From IMG/VR virus record IMGVR_UViG_3300032272_000063, positions 1 through 26,128 of that record: 26,128 nucleotides of DNA. One strand, given 5' to 3'. The notes under the pieces are model-generated. The model made no database searches. It saw nothing but the letters and a program-made list of their open reading frames with translations, and was not told the DNA's origin. A program made the translations under genes and the position numbers. This DNA is from a virus. Taxonomy: Duplodnaviria > Caudoviricetes. This document shows positions 18,995 to 26,077 of this stretch, in pieces (the first letter of the stretch is position 1; each line of letters opens with the position of its first letter).

Positions 18995-19310
18995 TCAGCC
19001 GGTCTATCTCACATCGTAGCAATGCATCCGCAGACGTTGCCCGTTCATCGATTAAATTTCTTCGGAGTCCAATAATGACGCTCTGCAGATCGGCATTTCC
19101 CTGTTCCAGTTCGCCGATATACAGCTCCGCATCCGTGTCAAAAACGAATGTTTCAATTTCTTTTTCAATAATTTGGACCGGGGTGTCCTGCACAGCTGCA
19201 TCATAACCCTCATCATATACAGACTCACAGCCAACGGATGATGACTCATAACCTTCACAGGCGATTGACATCATCGAAACCAGAATTGCGATAGCGATTA
19301 ATTTTTTCAT
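18984..19310 (-). CDS. Putative lipoprotein
   Basis: MKKLIAIAILVSMMSIA-C signal peptide with lipobox-like Cys18; AAGGA SD. Confidence 0.6.
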   Translation of the reverse strand: MKKLIAIAILVSMMSIACEGYESSSVGCESVYDEGYDAAVQDTPVQIIEKEIETFVFDTDAELYIGELEQGNADLQSVIIGLRRNLIDERATSADALLRCEIDRLNGE

Positions 19311-19339
19311 TTTGTTCCTTCTTTCTTTTTTTTTGCTTT

Positions 19340-19525
19340 TTAAAATATCGGAATACTGTGCTTATTAAATTTTCTCACCGCATCACTCGGAACCCATGAT
19401 TCTATGTGACCCCGTAACATAAGGATCACACCCTCAGGGCCAATTTCCTTGATAAGAAAGTTAAAAATTTCTTCGTTTGTATAGGCCTCTTCATCCTCAT
19501 CGATGATTCCTTTTATCGTCCGCAT
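19340..19525 (-). CDS. Hypothetical protein
   Basis: 61 aa from MRTIKG; starts just after the upstream stop. Confidence 0.5.
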   Translation of the reverse strand: MRTIKGIIDEDEEAYTNEEIFNFLIKEIGPEGVILMLRGHIESWVPSDAVRKFNKHSIPIF

Positions 19526-19526
19526 T

Positions 19527-19799
19527 CTATCTTGCCCCGAAACCAACGGTGTTTACCGCCATGTTGTGGATAATTTTCGCGTCTCTCTCACCAAATCCAA
19601 TACCGAGTGAATTGCTATGGCCGAAACAATCAACAATCAATTCGCCATCAGGGCGGGTGGTGAACTGTACAAAGGCCGCACTTGTTACATTACATGCGCC
19701 AAGCTCTTTTCTAAGGGCATCCCTCATCTGGACATGCTCAATAGAAGGAGGAAACAAGACGTACTTTATTTTGTCAAACATGATGTATTTAAATTCCAT
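19527..19799 (-). CDS. Hypothetical phage protein
   Basis: 90 aa 'KYIMF....VLFP....H......SAAFV......CFG.S.SL'; GGGGGTG SD. Confidence 0.6.
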   Translation of the reverse strand: MEFKYIMFDKIKYVLFPPSIEHVQMRDALRKELGACNVTSAAFVQFTTRPDGELIVDCFGHSNSLGIGFGERDAKIIHNMAVNTVGFGAR

Positions 19800-19802
19800 A
19801 TC

Positions 19803-20060
19803 TCACCCCCTGCCATTCGAAAGAAAAGGACTATCCATTTTGATGCTCAGTTTAACGGACGTCCCCGGAATGCTGAGTACCGCAATTCTACCCGTGGGAG
19901 ACAGGAGTCCCGTATACCTGCGTTGTGTCTGACAGTCCATAAATACAACATACTCGGGACCACTCCAGCGTTCGCCGTAAGTTGTAGCTGTGAACAAAAA
20001 TCGGAAGTTGTCACCCTCTACCAGATACACATTTTTGATATATTTTTCAGCGTTCCCCAT
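19803..20060 (-). CDS. Hypothetical protein
   Basis: 85 aa from MGNAEK with AGGAG SD; first gene after the sigma54-type promoter. Confidence 0.6.
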   Translation of the reverse strand: MGNAEKYIKNVYLVEGDNFRFLFTATTYGERWSGPEYVVFMDCQTQRRYTGLLSPTGRIAVLSIPGTSVKLSIKMDSPFLSNGRG

Positions 20061-20115
20061 TTTTCTATCTCCTGTTTTATATTTTCTATTTTGCTGCGTT
20101 ACACCATGATAACAA

Positions 20116-20132
20116 TGCAACGCGTGTGCCAG
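20116..20132 (-). promoter_or_regulatory. Sigma54 (-24/-12) promoter
   Basis: Minus strand CTGGCACACGCGTTGCA = TGGCAC-N5-TTGCA with exact GG-N10-GC spacing. Intergenic, about 55 nt upstream of the ATG at 20060. Confidence 0.7.
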
Positions 20133-20181
20133 TTTTAAAACCGCGTGTTTACTGAGTTTCCAAAATGGTCGAGACACTTGA

Positions 20182-20274
20182 CTATGCAAAGTTTGCATAG
20201 CAAAATGGAGAACTCAGTAAAATAGCCTCGTAAAGTATGCAAAGTTTGCGAGGCTGGTACGCAAATTTTTCATA
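20182..20274. promoter_or_regulatory. Three related palindromic boxes, putative activator/operator sites
   Basis: CTATGCAAA-G-TTTGCATAG (20182-20200, perfect), TATGCAAAGTTTGC (20236-20249), TACGCAAATTTTTCATA (20258-20274). Confidence 0.6.
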
Positions 20275-20365
20275 TCTCATTGCCCCACGAGTCCCACCAC
20301 TCTTTTTTATCCCGCGCAAATAGTTCGATACGAGGCACGTATCCCATAAGATCGGTAGTTGCATT

Positions 20366-22831
20366 TCACATATCCCCGTCAACGTCTATGCCTGCCAGCT
20401 CGGCGCCATAGATTATCAATTTGTTACCGGCCCCGTTGCGTATTGGGATCCCTGTTGACTCCAAAGATTTGCGAAACGACGGCTTGGTCATGGGCCTATC
20501 GAGTCCCTGTTCCTGGCACCAAAGACGGAAATGTGAGTACGCATCTCGAAACAGTACCGTGTCCCCATCGTTACCTGTGGTTTTGAACATTGAGTGCGTC
20601 CACATCGCAACGGGCGATCCCTGAGATGCCCACCGGCGTTTTTCATTGTTTATTGCCCCCGGTGGATCCCAGTGACCACGGGACCGGAGCCTTTGCAGTC
20701 CCTCGATAGCACTTCGCAAAATGCCGGACATCTCGCTCCGGATGATTCTTCGAGACAAGCCACGGTCCTGCTTTGCCGGCGCGAATGTCCGCCCGAAATG
20801 AATCACCTGCGCTCTTCTGGTCATGCCATGACTGACGTCCGATGTGGATGGGAGCTCATTCGATGCCATCCACACGATTATGGTATTCTCGAATCTAAAT
20901 GTTTTTTCAAATTTGGGATTGGCAGTAAGTGTTTTATTCTCCGATGTTTTCTTCAAAAACCCATCGGGTAGCTTGTACTTCGTATTCAAGTCTTCATCGA
21001 TCATCATCAATTTGCCAGGAAGGCAGGCCATCCCATGCTTGTCGCTCACAATGTCCGGTATTGCAGCGCAAAGGACATGGTCCCCCAAAAGAGCGGACAG
21101 GATATTAAGCAATGTCGTTTTACCGTTGGCGCCCTCTCCGGTCAGCAACACCCACGTTGCTATGTCCTTCCTTGGCTGTATTGTATACCCAATTAACTCC
21201 CAGAGGTGTTGGACCACTAACTCCGGGTCCGACGAATTGGCAAAAACCTCCATGAGAAATTTATCAAATCCAGGGCATTTTGCATCAGCGTCCCATGCAA
21301 CTGGCAGACAACTGTTTAGCAAGGAAGCCGGGTCATGTTTCTCAAGTTCAAAATTGCCTGTTTTTGAGTCAATATGCAGTTCCCCATTTTGGCAGTTAAT
21401 AATGGTATGGCTATTAGACCCACTGTATCCATAAAATTCAATTTCGGACGCAAGCCGGGCTTTCAACAGTTTTTCCGACTGGGCAATCATACCCGATATA
21501 GTTGCCCGCGATTCAGGGTGTTGAGCTAGCCATTCCTGCGATGCTTTTAACAGATAATGCTGTACCATGTTTGAAGCCAATGGGCGCCAGTGGGTAGCCG
21601 CATATACCCAAAATAACTGGTCCGCAGCATGGGTGATTCGGTCGTCAGACTTGAAATGCTTAGTTAATACAATGTCAGTTACTTCGTAAGCAGGATCATT
21701 CGACCCTATGGAATCTCGTTTATACAGGACCATCTGGTCCCGAAGGTCGGATATTTTAAACCTTGTTTTCCTCGATATGATAGATAGAAATCTGTTCTTA
21801 TCGGGCTTCGATACATTCGCCAGCATTTTGAAAACCGACTGCAGGTCCACAAGCGTTGCATTGCGCGGCAGGTTATTTACCTGTTCAAAAATAAAGGATA
21901 CTGGACACTGTTGGAAATCACGGCCGTCGTGTACGATATCTCCAACAGTGTCCGGTAGGTTGACAGGCAACTCAGGGATTGTATCGGCTTCCTCTTGAGT
22001 TGTTGGGGCTGGTATGGTACCGCCCCGTGCAGTCACAAAATTAAACAGCGTGCCCGCTGTAATGTTTCCTTCTTTACCCGATTCCAGCGAGTTCCACCGT
22101 TCTGTTATTTCATCGCCGGCGGTTGCGTACTCCGGATCACTGGTGGACCACTCCAAAAATTCCCCGAGGGCACCACCACCACTTGCATCGTGCACGGATT
22201 GCATCAATTGCAGCCAGGTTTCATGGTCCCGAAAGTCCTCGGGAATGAGCTGTTCCAGCATCCCTTTAATCTGAGAGTCCGTGGCTTTTTTTAATCCTGT
22301 ACTCGATAGGGTGGTATCGCCAATGTTCTTCGCAATATCGTCCAGAAGCCATTGGGGCGCAGGCACGGGACCACTCCCCCAGGGGGATTCCTTAACAAAT
22401 TCATAGGTACCCCCGGACGGGTGATTTGCCCCTGCGGTGAGAACCTGTGCACCAATAGATAAAAAATCAATACCCTTGTATATACTGTCCAACTGTTTAT
22501 GTGTTTTTAGTCCAGCGGGTTTCGTTGTATATACATGGATTCCCCCGCCGGGAGTTTTCACCATTGGAAAATCCTGCCCGATCTTCACACCATTTTCTTT
22601 AGCGTACCGGTTCGCTATCTTCCGGAACCCCTCCAGTCCGCCTTTTCTGGGGTCAACATCAATGACTAGATGGTCAGCGTCCAGAACCCAGCCGAAGGAA
22701 CATCCCGGATATCTGTCTAACTGTTTTTGAGTTGTAAGTGCCGCCCTGGTCCAGTCTCTGGACATAGGTTTTTTAGTACCTTTTGTTAACGGCGTTAGGC
22801 GATACCCTCTTGACAAATAATAATTAATCAT
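20366..22831 (-). CDS. Bifunctional Prim-Pol + PriCT-2 + D5/P4-type SF3 primase-helicase
   Basis: 'KKP...W', 'VIDVDPR..G', 'KTPGGGIHVY', 'D...WL...Q..H.....F.EWS...EY', Walker A 'GEGANGKT', 'IDED', 'SNELP', 'RRAQVIHF'. Confidence 0.92.
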   Translation of the reverse strand: MINYYLSRGYRLTPLTKGTKKPMSRDWTRAALTTQKQLDRYPGCSFGWVLDADHLVIDVDPRKGGLEGFRKIANRYAKENGVKIGQDFPMVKTPGGGIHVYTTKPAGLKTHKQLDSIYKGIDFLSIGAQVLTAGANHPSGGTYEFVKESPWGSGPVPAPQWLLDDIAKNIGDTTLSSTGLKKATDSQIKGMLEQLIPEDFRDHETWLQLMQSVHDASGGGALGEFLEWSTSDPEYATAGDEITERWNSLESGKEGNITAGTLFNFVTARGGTIPAPTTQEEADTIPELPVNLPDTVGDIVHDGRDFQQCPVSFIFEQVNNLPRNATLVDLQSVFKMLANVSKPDKNRFLSIISRKTRFKISDLRDQMVLYKRDSIGSNDPAYEVTDIVLTKHFKSDDRITHAADQLFWVYAATHWRPLASNMVQHYLLKASQEWLAQHPESRATISGMIAQSEKLLKARLASEIEFYGYSGSNSHTIINCQNGELHIDSKTGNFELEKHDPASLLNSCLPVAWDADAKCPGFDKFLMEVFANSSDPELVVQHLWELIGYTIQPRKDIATWVLLTGEGANGKTTLLNILSALLGDHVLCAAIPDIVSDKHGMACLPGKLMMIDEDLNTKYKLPDGFLKKTSENKTLTANPKFEKTFRFENTIIVWMASNELPSTSDVSHGMTRRAQVIHFGRTFAPAKQDRGLSRRIIRSEMSGILRSAIEGLQRLRSRGHWDPPGAINNEKRRWASQGSPVAMWTHSMFKTTGNDGDTVLFRDAYSHFRLWCQEQGLDRPMTKPSFRKSLESTGIPIRNGAGNKLIIYGAELAGIDVDGDM

Positions 22832-22855
22832 GCGTTCCTTGCAAAACAGTTAGCT

Positions 22856-22884
22856 ATTGTGACAGTGTACATGTATCTTGTCAA
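22856..22884 (-). promoter_or_regulatory. Sigma70-type promoter for the primase gene
   Basis: Minus strand TTGACA-N17-CACAAT with extended TGn; AAGGA SD before the ATG at 22831. Confidence 0.7.
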
Positions 22885-22897
22885 ACCAAAATTATTA

Positions 22898-23038
22898 TCA
22901 TTTCACATCCCGCAATTGGTCCCGCAATCGGTCCTGCAATTGGACCCGCAATGGGTCCTGCAATCGGCCGTACAATTGCATATCCAATTGGCCCCACAAT
23001 CGGGTCCTCAATTGGCTGTTGATCTCATATGGTCTCAT
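22898..23038 (-). CDS. Cassette mini-gene 1 (46 aa, 8 tetrapeptides)
   Basis: MRPYEINSQL RTRL WGQL DMQL...RDVK; ends in in-frame TGA TAA TAA. Confidence 0.6.
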   Translation of the reverse strand: MRPYEINSQLRTRLWGQLDMQLYGRLQDPLRVQLQDRLRDQLRDVK

Positions 23039-23295
23039 TTCACATCCCACAATCGGTCCTGCAATTGGCCCTGCAATTGGCCCCACAATTGGCCCTGCAA
23101 TTGGCCCTCCAATTGGCCATACAATTGGTCCCGCAATTGGTCCCACAATTGGTCCCGCAATTGGTCCCGCAATTGGTCCCACAATTGGTATCGCAAGTGG
23201 TCCTGCAATTGGACCCGCAATTGGTACCACAATTGGTCCCGCAATTGGTACCACAATTGGTCCCGCAATCTAATATTGATCTCATATGGTCTCAT
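23035..23295 (-). CDS. Cassette mini-gene 2 (86 aa, 18 tetrapeptides)
   Basis: MRPYEINIRL RDQL WYQL...QDRL WDVK; ATGA coupling. Confidence 0.65.
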   Translation of the reverse strand: MRPYEINIRLRDQLWYQLRDQLWYQLRVQLQDHLRYQLWDQLRDQLRDQLWDQLRDQLYGQLEGQLQGQLWGQLQGQLQDRLWDVK

Positions 23296-23456
23296 TTCAC
23301 ATCCCACAATCGGTCCTGCAATTGGCCCAGAAATTGGTCCCACAATCGGTCCCACAATCGGCCATCCAAAGGTTTCCACAATTGGTCATACAATTGGTCA
23401 TACAATTGGTCCTCCAATCGGTACCTCAATCTAATATTGATCTCATATGGTCTCAT
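23292..23456 (-). CDS. Cassette mini-gene 3 (54 aa, 10 tetrapeptides)
   Basis: MRPYEINIRL RYRL EDQL YDQL...WDVK; GGAGG SD and ATGA. Confidence 0.65.
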   Translation of the reverse strand: MRPYEINIRLRYRLEDQLYDQLYDQLWKPLDGRLWDRLWDQFLGQLQDRLWDVK

Positions 23457-23653
23457 TTCACATCCTCCAATCGGCCCCGCAATCGGCCCCGCAATCGGCC
23501 ATCCAATTGGCCCCGCAATCGGCCCTGCAATCGGCCCCGCAATTGGACCCGCAATCGGCCCCGCAATTGGACCCGCAATTGGTCCCACAATTGGTCGCGC
23601 AATCGGTCCCGCAATCGGCCATCCAAATGGCTGTTGATCTCATATGGTCTCAT
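23453..23653 (-). CDS. Cassette mini-gene 4 (66 aa, 13 tetrapeptides, Arg-rich)
   Basis: MRPYEINSHL DGRL RDRL...RGRL EDVK; GGAGG SD and ATGA. Confidence 0.65.
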   Translation of the reverse strand: MRPYEINSHLDGRLRDRLRDQLWDQLRVQLRGRLRVQLRGRLQGRLRGQLDGRLRGRLRGRLEDVK

Positions 23654-23778
23654 TTCACATCCTCCAATCGGTACCACAATTGGCCCCACAATTGGCCCCA
23701 CAATTGGTCCCGCAATTGGCCCCCCAATTGGTCCCGCAATTGGCCATACAAATGGCTGTTGATCTCATATGGTCTCAT
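23650..23778 (-). CDS. Cassette mini-gene 5 (42 aa, 7 tetrapeptides)
   Basis: MRPYEINSHL YGQL...WYRL EDVK; GGAGG SD and ATGA. Confidence 0.65.
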   Translation of the reverse strand: MRPYEINSHLYGQLRDQLGGQLRDQLWGQLWGQLWYRLEDVK

Positions 23779-24023
23779 TTCACATCCTCCAATTGGCCCC
23801 GCAATTGGCCCCCCAATTGGACCCGCAATTGGTCCCCCAATTGGACCCGCAATCGGACCCACAATCGGTCCTGCAATTGGCCCCGCAATTGGACCCGCAA
23901 TTGGTCCCACAATCGGTCCCACAATCGGCCATCCAAATGTTTCCACAATTGGTCATACAATTGGTCATACAATTGGTCCTGCAATTGGCCATACAAATGG
24001 CTGTTGATCTCATATGGTCTCAT
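23775..24023 (-). CDS. Cassette mini-gene 6 (82 aa, 17 tetrapeptides)
   Basis: MRPYEINSHL YGQL QDQL...RGQL EDVK; GGAGG SD and ATGA. Confidence 0.65.
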   Translation of the reverse strand: MRPYEINSHLYGQLQDQLYDQLYDQLWKHLDGRLWDRLWDQLRVQLRGQLQDRLWVRLRVQLGDQLRVQLGGQLRGQLEDVK

Positions 24024-24208
24024 TTCACATCCTCCAATCGGTACCGCAATTGGCCCTGCAATCGGCCCCACAATTGGCCATACAATTGGTCCCGCAATTG
24101 GTCCCGCAATTGGCCCCCCAATTGGACCCGCAATTGGACCCGCAATTGGTCCCACAATTGGTCCTGCAATTGGTCGTGCAATTGGCTGTTGATCTCATAT
24201 GGTCTCAT
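24020..24208 (-). CDS. Cassette mini-gene 7 (62 aa, 12 tetrapeptides); junction has a 10-bp duplication
   Basis: MRPYEINSQL HDQL...RYRL EDVK; GGTCTCATAT duplicated at 24201-24210. Confidence 0.5.
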   Translation of the reverse strand: MRPYEINSQLHDQLQDQLWDQLRVQLRVQLGGQLRDQLRDQLYGQLWGRLQGQLRYRLEDVK

Positions 24209-24214
24209 ATGGTC

Positions 24215-24283
24215 TCATTTCACATCCTCCAATCGGTCCCGCAATCGGCCATACAAATGGCTGTTGATCTCATATGGTCTCAT
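24215..24283 (-). CDS. Cassette mini-gene 8 (22 aa, 2 tetrapeptides)
   Basis: MRPYEINSHL YGRL RDRL EDVK; GGAGG SD. Confidence 0.55.
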   Translation of the reverse strand: MRPYEINSHLYGRLRDRLEDVK

Positions 24284-24297
24284 TTCACATCCTCCAA

Positions 24298-25473
24298 TCA
24301 GTCAAGAAGATCTCGTACAATATTGTTTACATGGTCTACTTCCCTGCCGTTCCAGACGCGGGTTACCCCGTTGAAAGTGTGCACTGTATTATGCTCAGGG
24401 TGTGTGATACAGCCTTCGCTATCTGTTACAATACATTGATATCCTTCGAAGTCATATACATCCCCCGTGGCGATGGTGTGGCGGATCACGGTGTTCTCAT
24501 CCTGTAATTGCCTGTCGGCTCTCAGAGTTCCACCTTCCGGGAGTTTCAACAGGAATTCCATATGCAGATCACCCTGTTGCCGCTGGTCCAAAAGGCCCCC
24601 ATTATTGTGGACACCGTCCAGAATAGCAGGTTTCCAGTTACCTGTTCTGGTCCCGGAGCGCCAGTTAAGAGCCTCCTGAACTGTTGAGCATTCATTGTCG
24701 ACCCCTTCGACATGTACTTTGCCTGTTGACGGACAGGTCATTTGCAAAAACACGGCTTTGTTGCCTTCGAAAAGATGACCCAAATCCATTAGTTTGTACG
24801 GACCCTGGGGGTTATCACTTGCTTTAACAGCGTCCATTATACCGGCGCCATCAGTTGCGCGGTGTAGTCCCATTCGTCGCAATACAACGGCCCTCTCATC
24901 TACATTTTCGATGGACAAAACTTCCGTAGGGTCCAGTTGATCCGCAGGTGTGGTAACCCACCTGGCATCCACTTTTATATCCCACAGAGCATACATACAG
25001 GACCCATCTGCATACAGGATAGCCGGCCCATTTTCATTATGCAGCATCATATCCCTTGTCCCGGGGTAATCATTAATTATGTGATGCTCAATTGGGGGGT
25101 CCATTATCGCAAAATCGTGATTGTTGAAAAATGCGATAAAACATTGTGTCAGCCCCACTGTTTTATTGAGCTCCTGTTTCGCCTGGTCTAATTTCGGGTC
25201 CGAGCTGAACAGTTCTTCAAATGCCATAAAGTCCTTGTGCGCCCGGAGAGCGAAACTCGTATCAAAAATAGAGTAATCCAAGCCTATAGCACGTAGTTCC
25301 CGCATCCCCCGCACACTATGCATTTTTTTCAGTTTGACCCCGGTCACTTCTTTTACATACGCACGAGTTTGTTTTTCAATAAAAGGGACATCATTCTCCC
25401 CATAAAAAGTATCAAGCCCGGACTTAACGCAACGTGCAGCTGTTTCATCGATCATTTTTTCTGTAATTTCCAT
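24298..25473 (-). CDS. DUF6745-like protein fused to a C-terminal 'QGD...HPEH...REVD' domain
   Basis: 391 aa from MEITEK (AAGGA SD). Motifs 'LHNENGPAILYADG..MYA..I.V', 'IENVDERAV..RRMG', 'LQMTCPSTG..H..GV..C.TVQEALNW', then 'RQQGD...HPEH...REVD'. Confidence 0.7.
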   Translation of the reverse strand: MEITEKMIDETAARCVKSGLDTFYGENDVPFIEKQTRAYVKEVTGVKLKKMHSVRGMRELRAIGLDYSIFDTSFALRAHKDFMAFEELFSSDPKLDQAKQELNKTVGLTQCFIAFFNNHDFAIMDPPIEHHIINDYPGTRDMMLHNENGPAILYADGSCMYALWDIKVDARWVTTPADQLDPTEVLSIENVDERAVVLRRMGLHRATDGAGIMDAVKASDNPQGPYKLMDLGHLFEGNKAVFLQMTCPSTGKVHVEGVDNECSTVQEALNWRSGTRTGNWKPAILDGVHNNGGLLDQRQQGDLHMEFLLKLPEGGTLRADRQLQDENTVIRHTIATGDVYDFEGYQCIVTDSEGCITHPEHNTVHTFNGVTRVWNGREVDHVNNIVRDLLD

Positions 25474-25555
25474 GAGTTTTTCCTTCTTTCCTGTTTTTTT
25501 GTTTATGTCTTTATACCTGTATATACCGTCAAAGTATTCATTCCACATCATGCAA

Positions 25556-25630
25556 TCAGCCCTGCAATTGGCCATACAATTGGTCCCGCAATTGGCCCCG
25601 CAATCTAACATTGATCTCATATGGTCTCAT
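25556..25630 (-). CDS. Cassette mini-gene 9 (24 aa, premature TGA)
   Basis: MRPYEINVRL RGQL RDQL YGQL QG* LHDVE*. Confidence 0.45.
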   Translation of the reverse strand: MRPYEINVRLRGQLRDQLYGQLQG

Positions 25631-25815
25631 TTCACATCCTCCAATCTGTAATGCAATTGGTCCTGCAATTGGCCATACAATTGGTCCCACAATTTGCCCC
25701 GCAATTGGCCCCGCAATTGGTTATATAATTGGTCCCGCAATTGGTTATATAATTGGTCCTGCAATTGGTACCGCAATTGGCCCCGCAATCTAATATTGAT
25801 CTCATATGGTCTCAT
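25627..25815 (-). CDS. Cassette mini-gene 10 (62 aa, 12 tetrapeptides)
   Basis: MRPYEINIRL RGQL RYQL...HYRL EDVK; GGAGG SD and ATGA. Confidence 0.65.
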   Translation of the reverse strand: MRPYEINIRLRGQLRYQLQDQLYNQLRDQLYNQLRGQLRGKLWDQLYGQLQDQLHYRLEDVK

Positions 25816-26024
25816 TTCACATCCTCCAATCTGTAATGCAATCGGCCCTGCAATTGGCCATACAATTGGTCCCACAATTTGCCCCGCAATCGGGTCCCCC
25901 GTCGGTCCCACAATTGGCCCCGCAATTGGCCCCGCAATTGGTTATATAATTGGTCCCGCAATTGGTCATACAATTGGTCCCGCAATTGGCCCCGCAATCT
26001 AACATTGATCTCACATGGTCTCAT
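25812..26024 (-). CDS. Cassette mini-gene 11 (70 aa, 14 tetrapeptides)
   Basis: MRPCEINVRL RGQL...HYRL EDVK; GGAGG SD and ATGA. Confidence 0.65.
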   Translation of the reverse strand: MRPCEINVRLRGQLRDQLYDQLRDQLYNQLRGQLRGQLWDRRGTRLRGKLWDQLYGQLQGRLHYRLEDVK

Positions 26025-26077
26025 TTCACATCCTCCAATTGGCCCCGCAATCTAACATTGATCTCATATGGTCTCAT
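26021..26077 (-). CDS. Cassette mini-gene 12 (18 aa, 1 tetrapeptide)
   Basis: MRPYEINVRL RGQL EDVK. Confidence 0.5.
   Translation of the reverse strand: MRPYEINVRLRGQLEDVK

Larger units (their letters stand above)
22898..24297 (-). repeat. Left cassette array: 8 units of 12-bp minisatellite separated by a conserved ~29-bp junction
   Basis: Junction TTGATCTCATATGGTCTCATTTCACATCC, with stop codons at 23035, 23292, 23453, 23650, 23775, 24020, 24215 and 24280. The 12-mer is CAATTG plus 6 variable bases. Confidence 0.97.

Noticed and set aside
20061-20382. ORF 20182..20382 and the extension of 19803..20198
   Set aside because: No recognisable product; the region is better explained as regulatory (promoter and palindromes).
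25505-25535. Sigma70 promoter before the DUF6745-like gene (TTGACG...TATAAA)
   Set aside because: Spacing is only 11 nt, and there is no good -10 at 16-18 nt.
24298-25558. TGA recoding (alternative genetic code) suggested by two in-frame TGAs
   Set aside because: Many genes end at TGA in ATGA/GTGA overlaps, and long conserved genes have no internal TGA.
25474-25620. 49-aa N-terminal extension (MRSMLDCGANC...) of the DUF6745-like ORF
   Set aside because: Derives from an off-frame reading of cassette 9; the ATG at 25473 has its own SD.
22859-26014. Other ORFs over the array: (GPAI)n, (PQLV)n, (NWSR)n, (GPIA)n, (NCGT)n frames
   Set aside because: Shadow frames of a stop-poor 12-mer. Only the MRPYEIN frame has a recurring SD, ATG and coupled stop, and it matches the strand of neighbouring genes.
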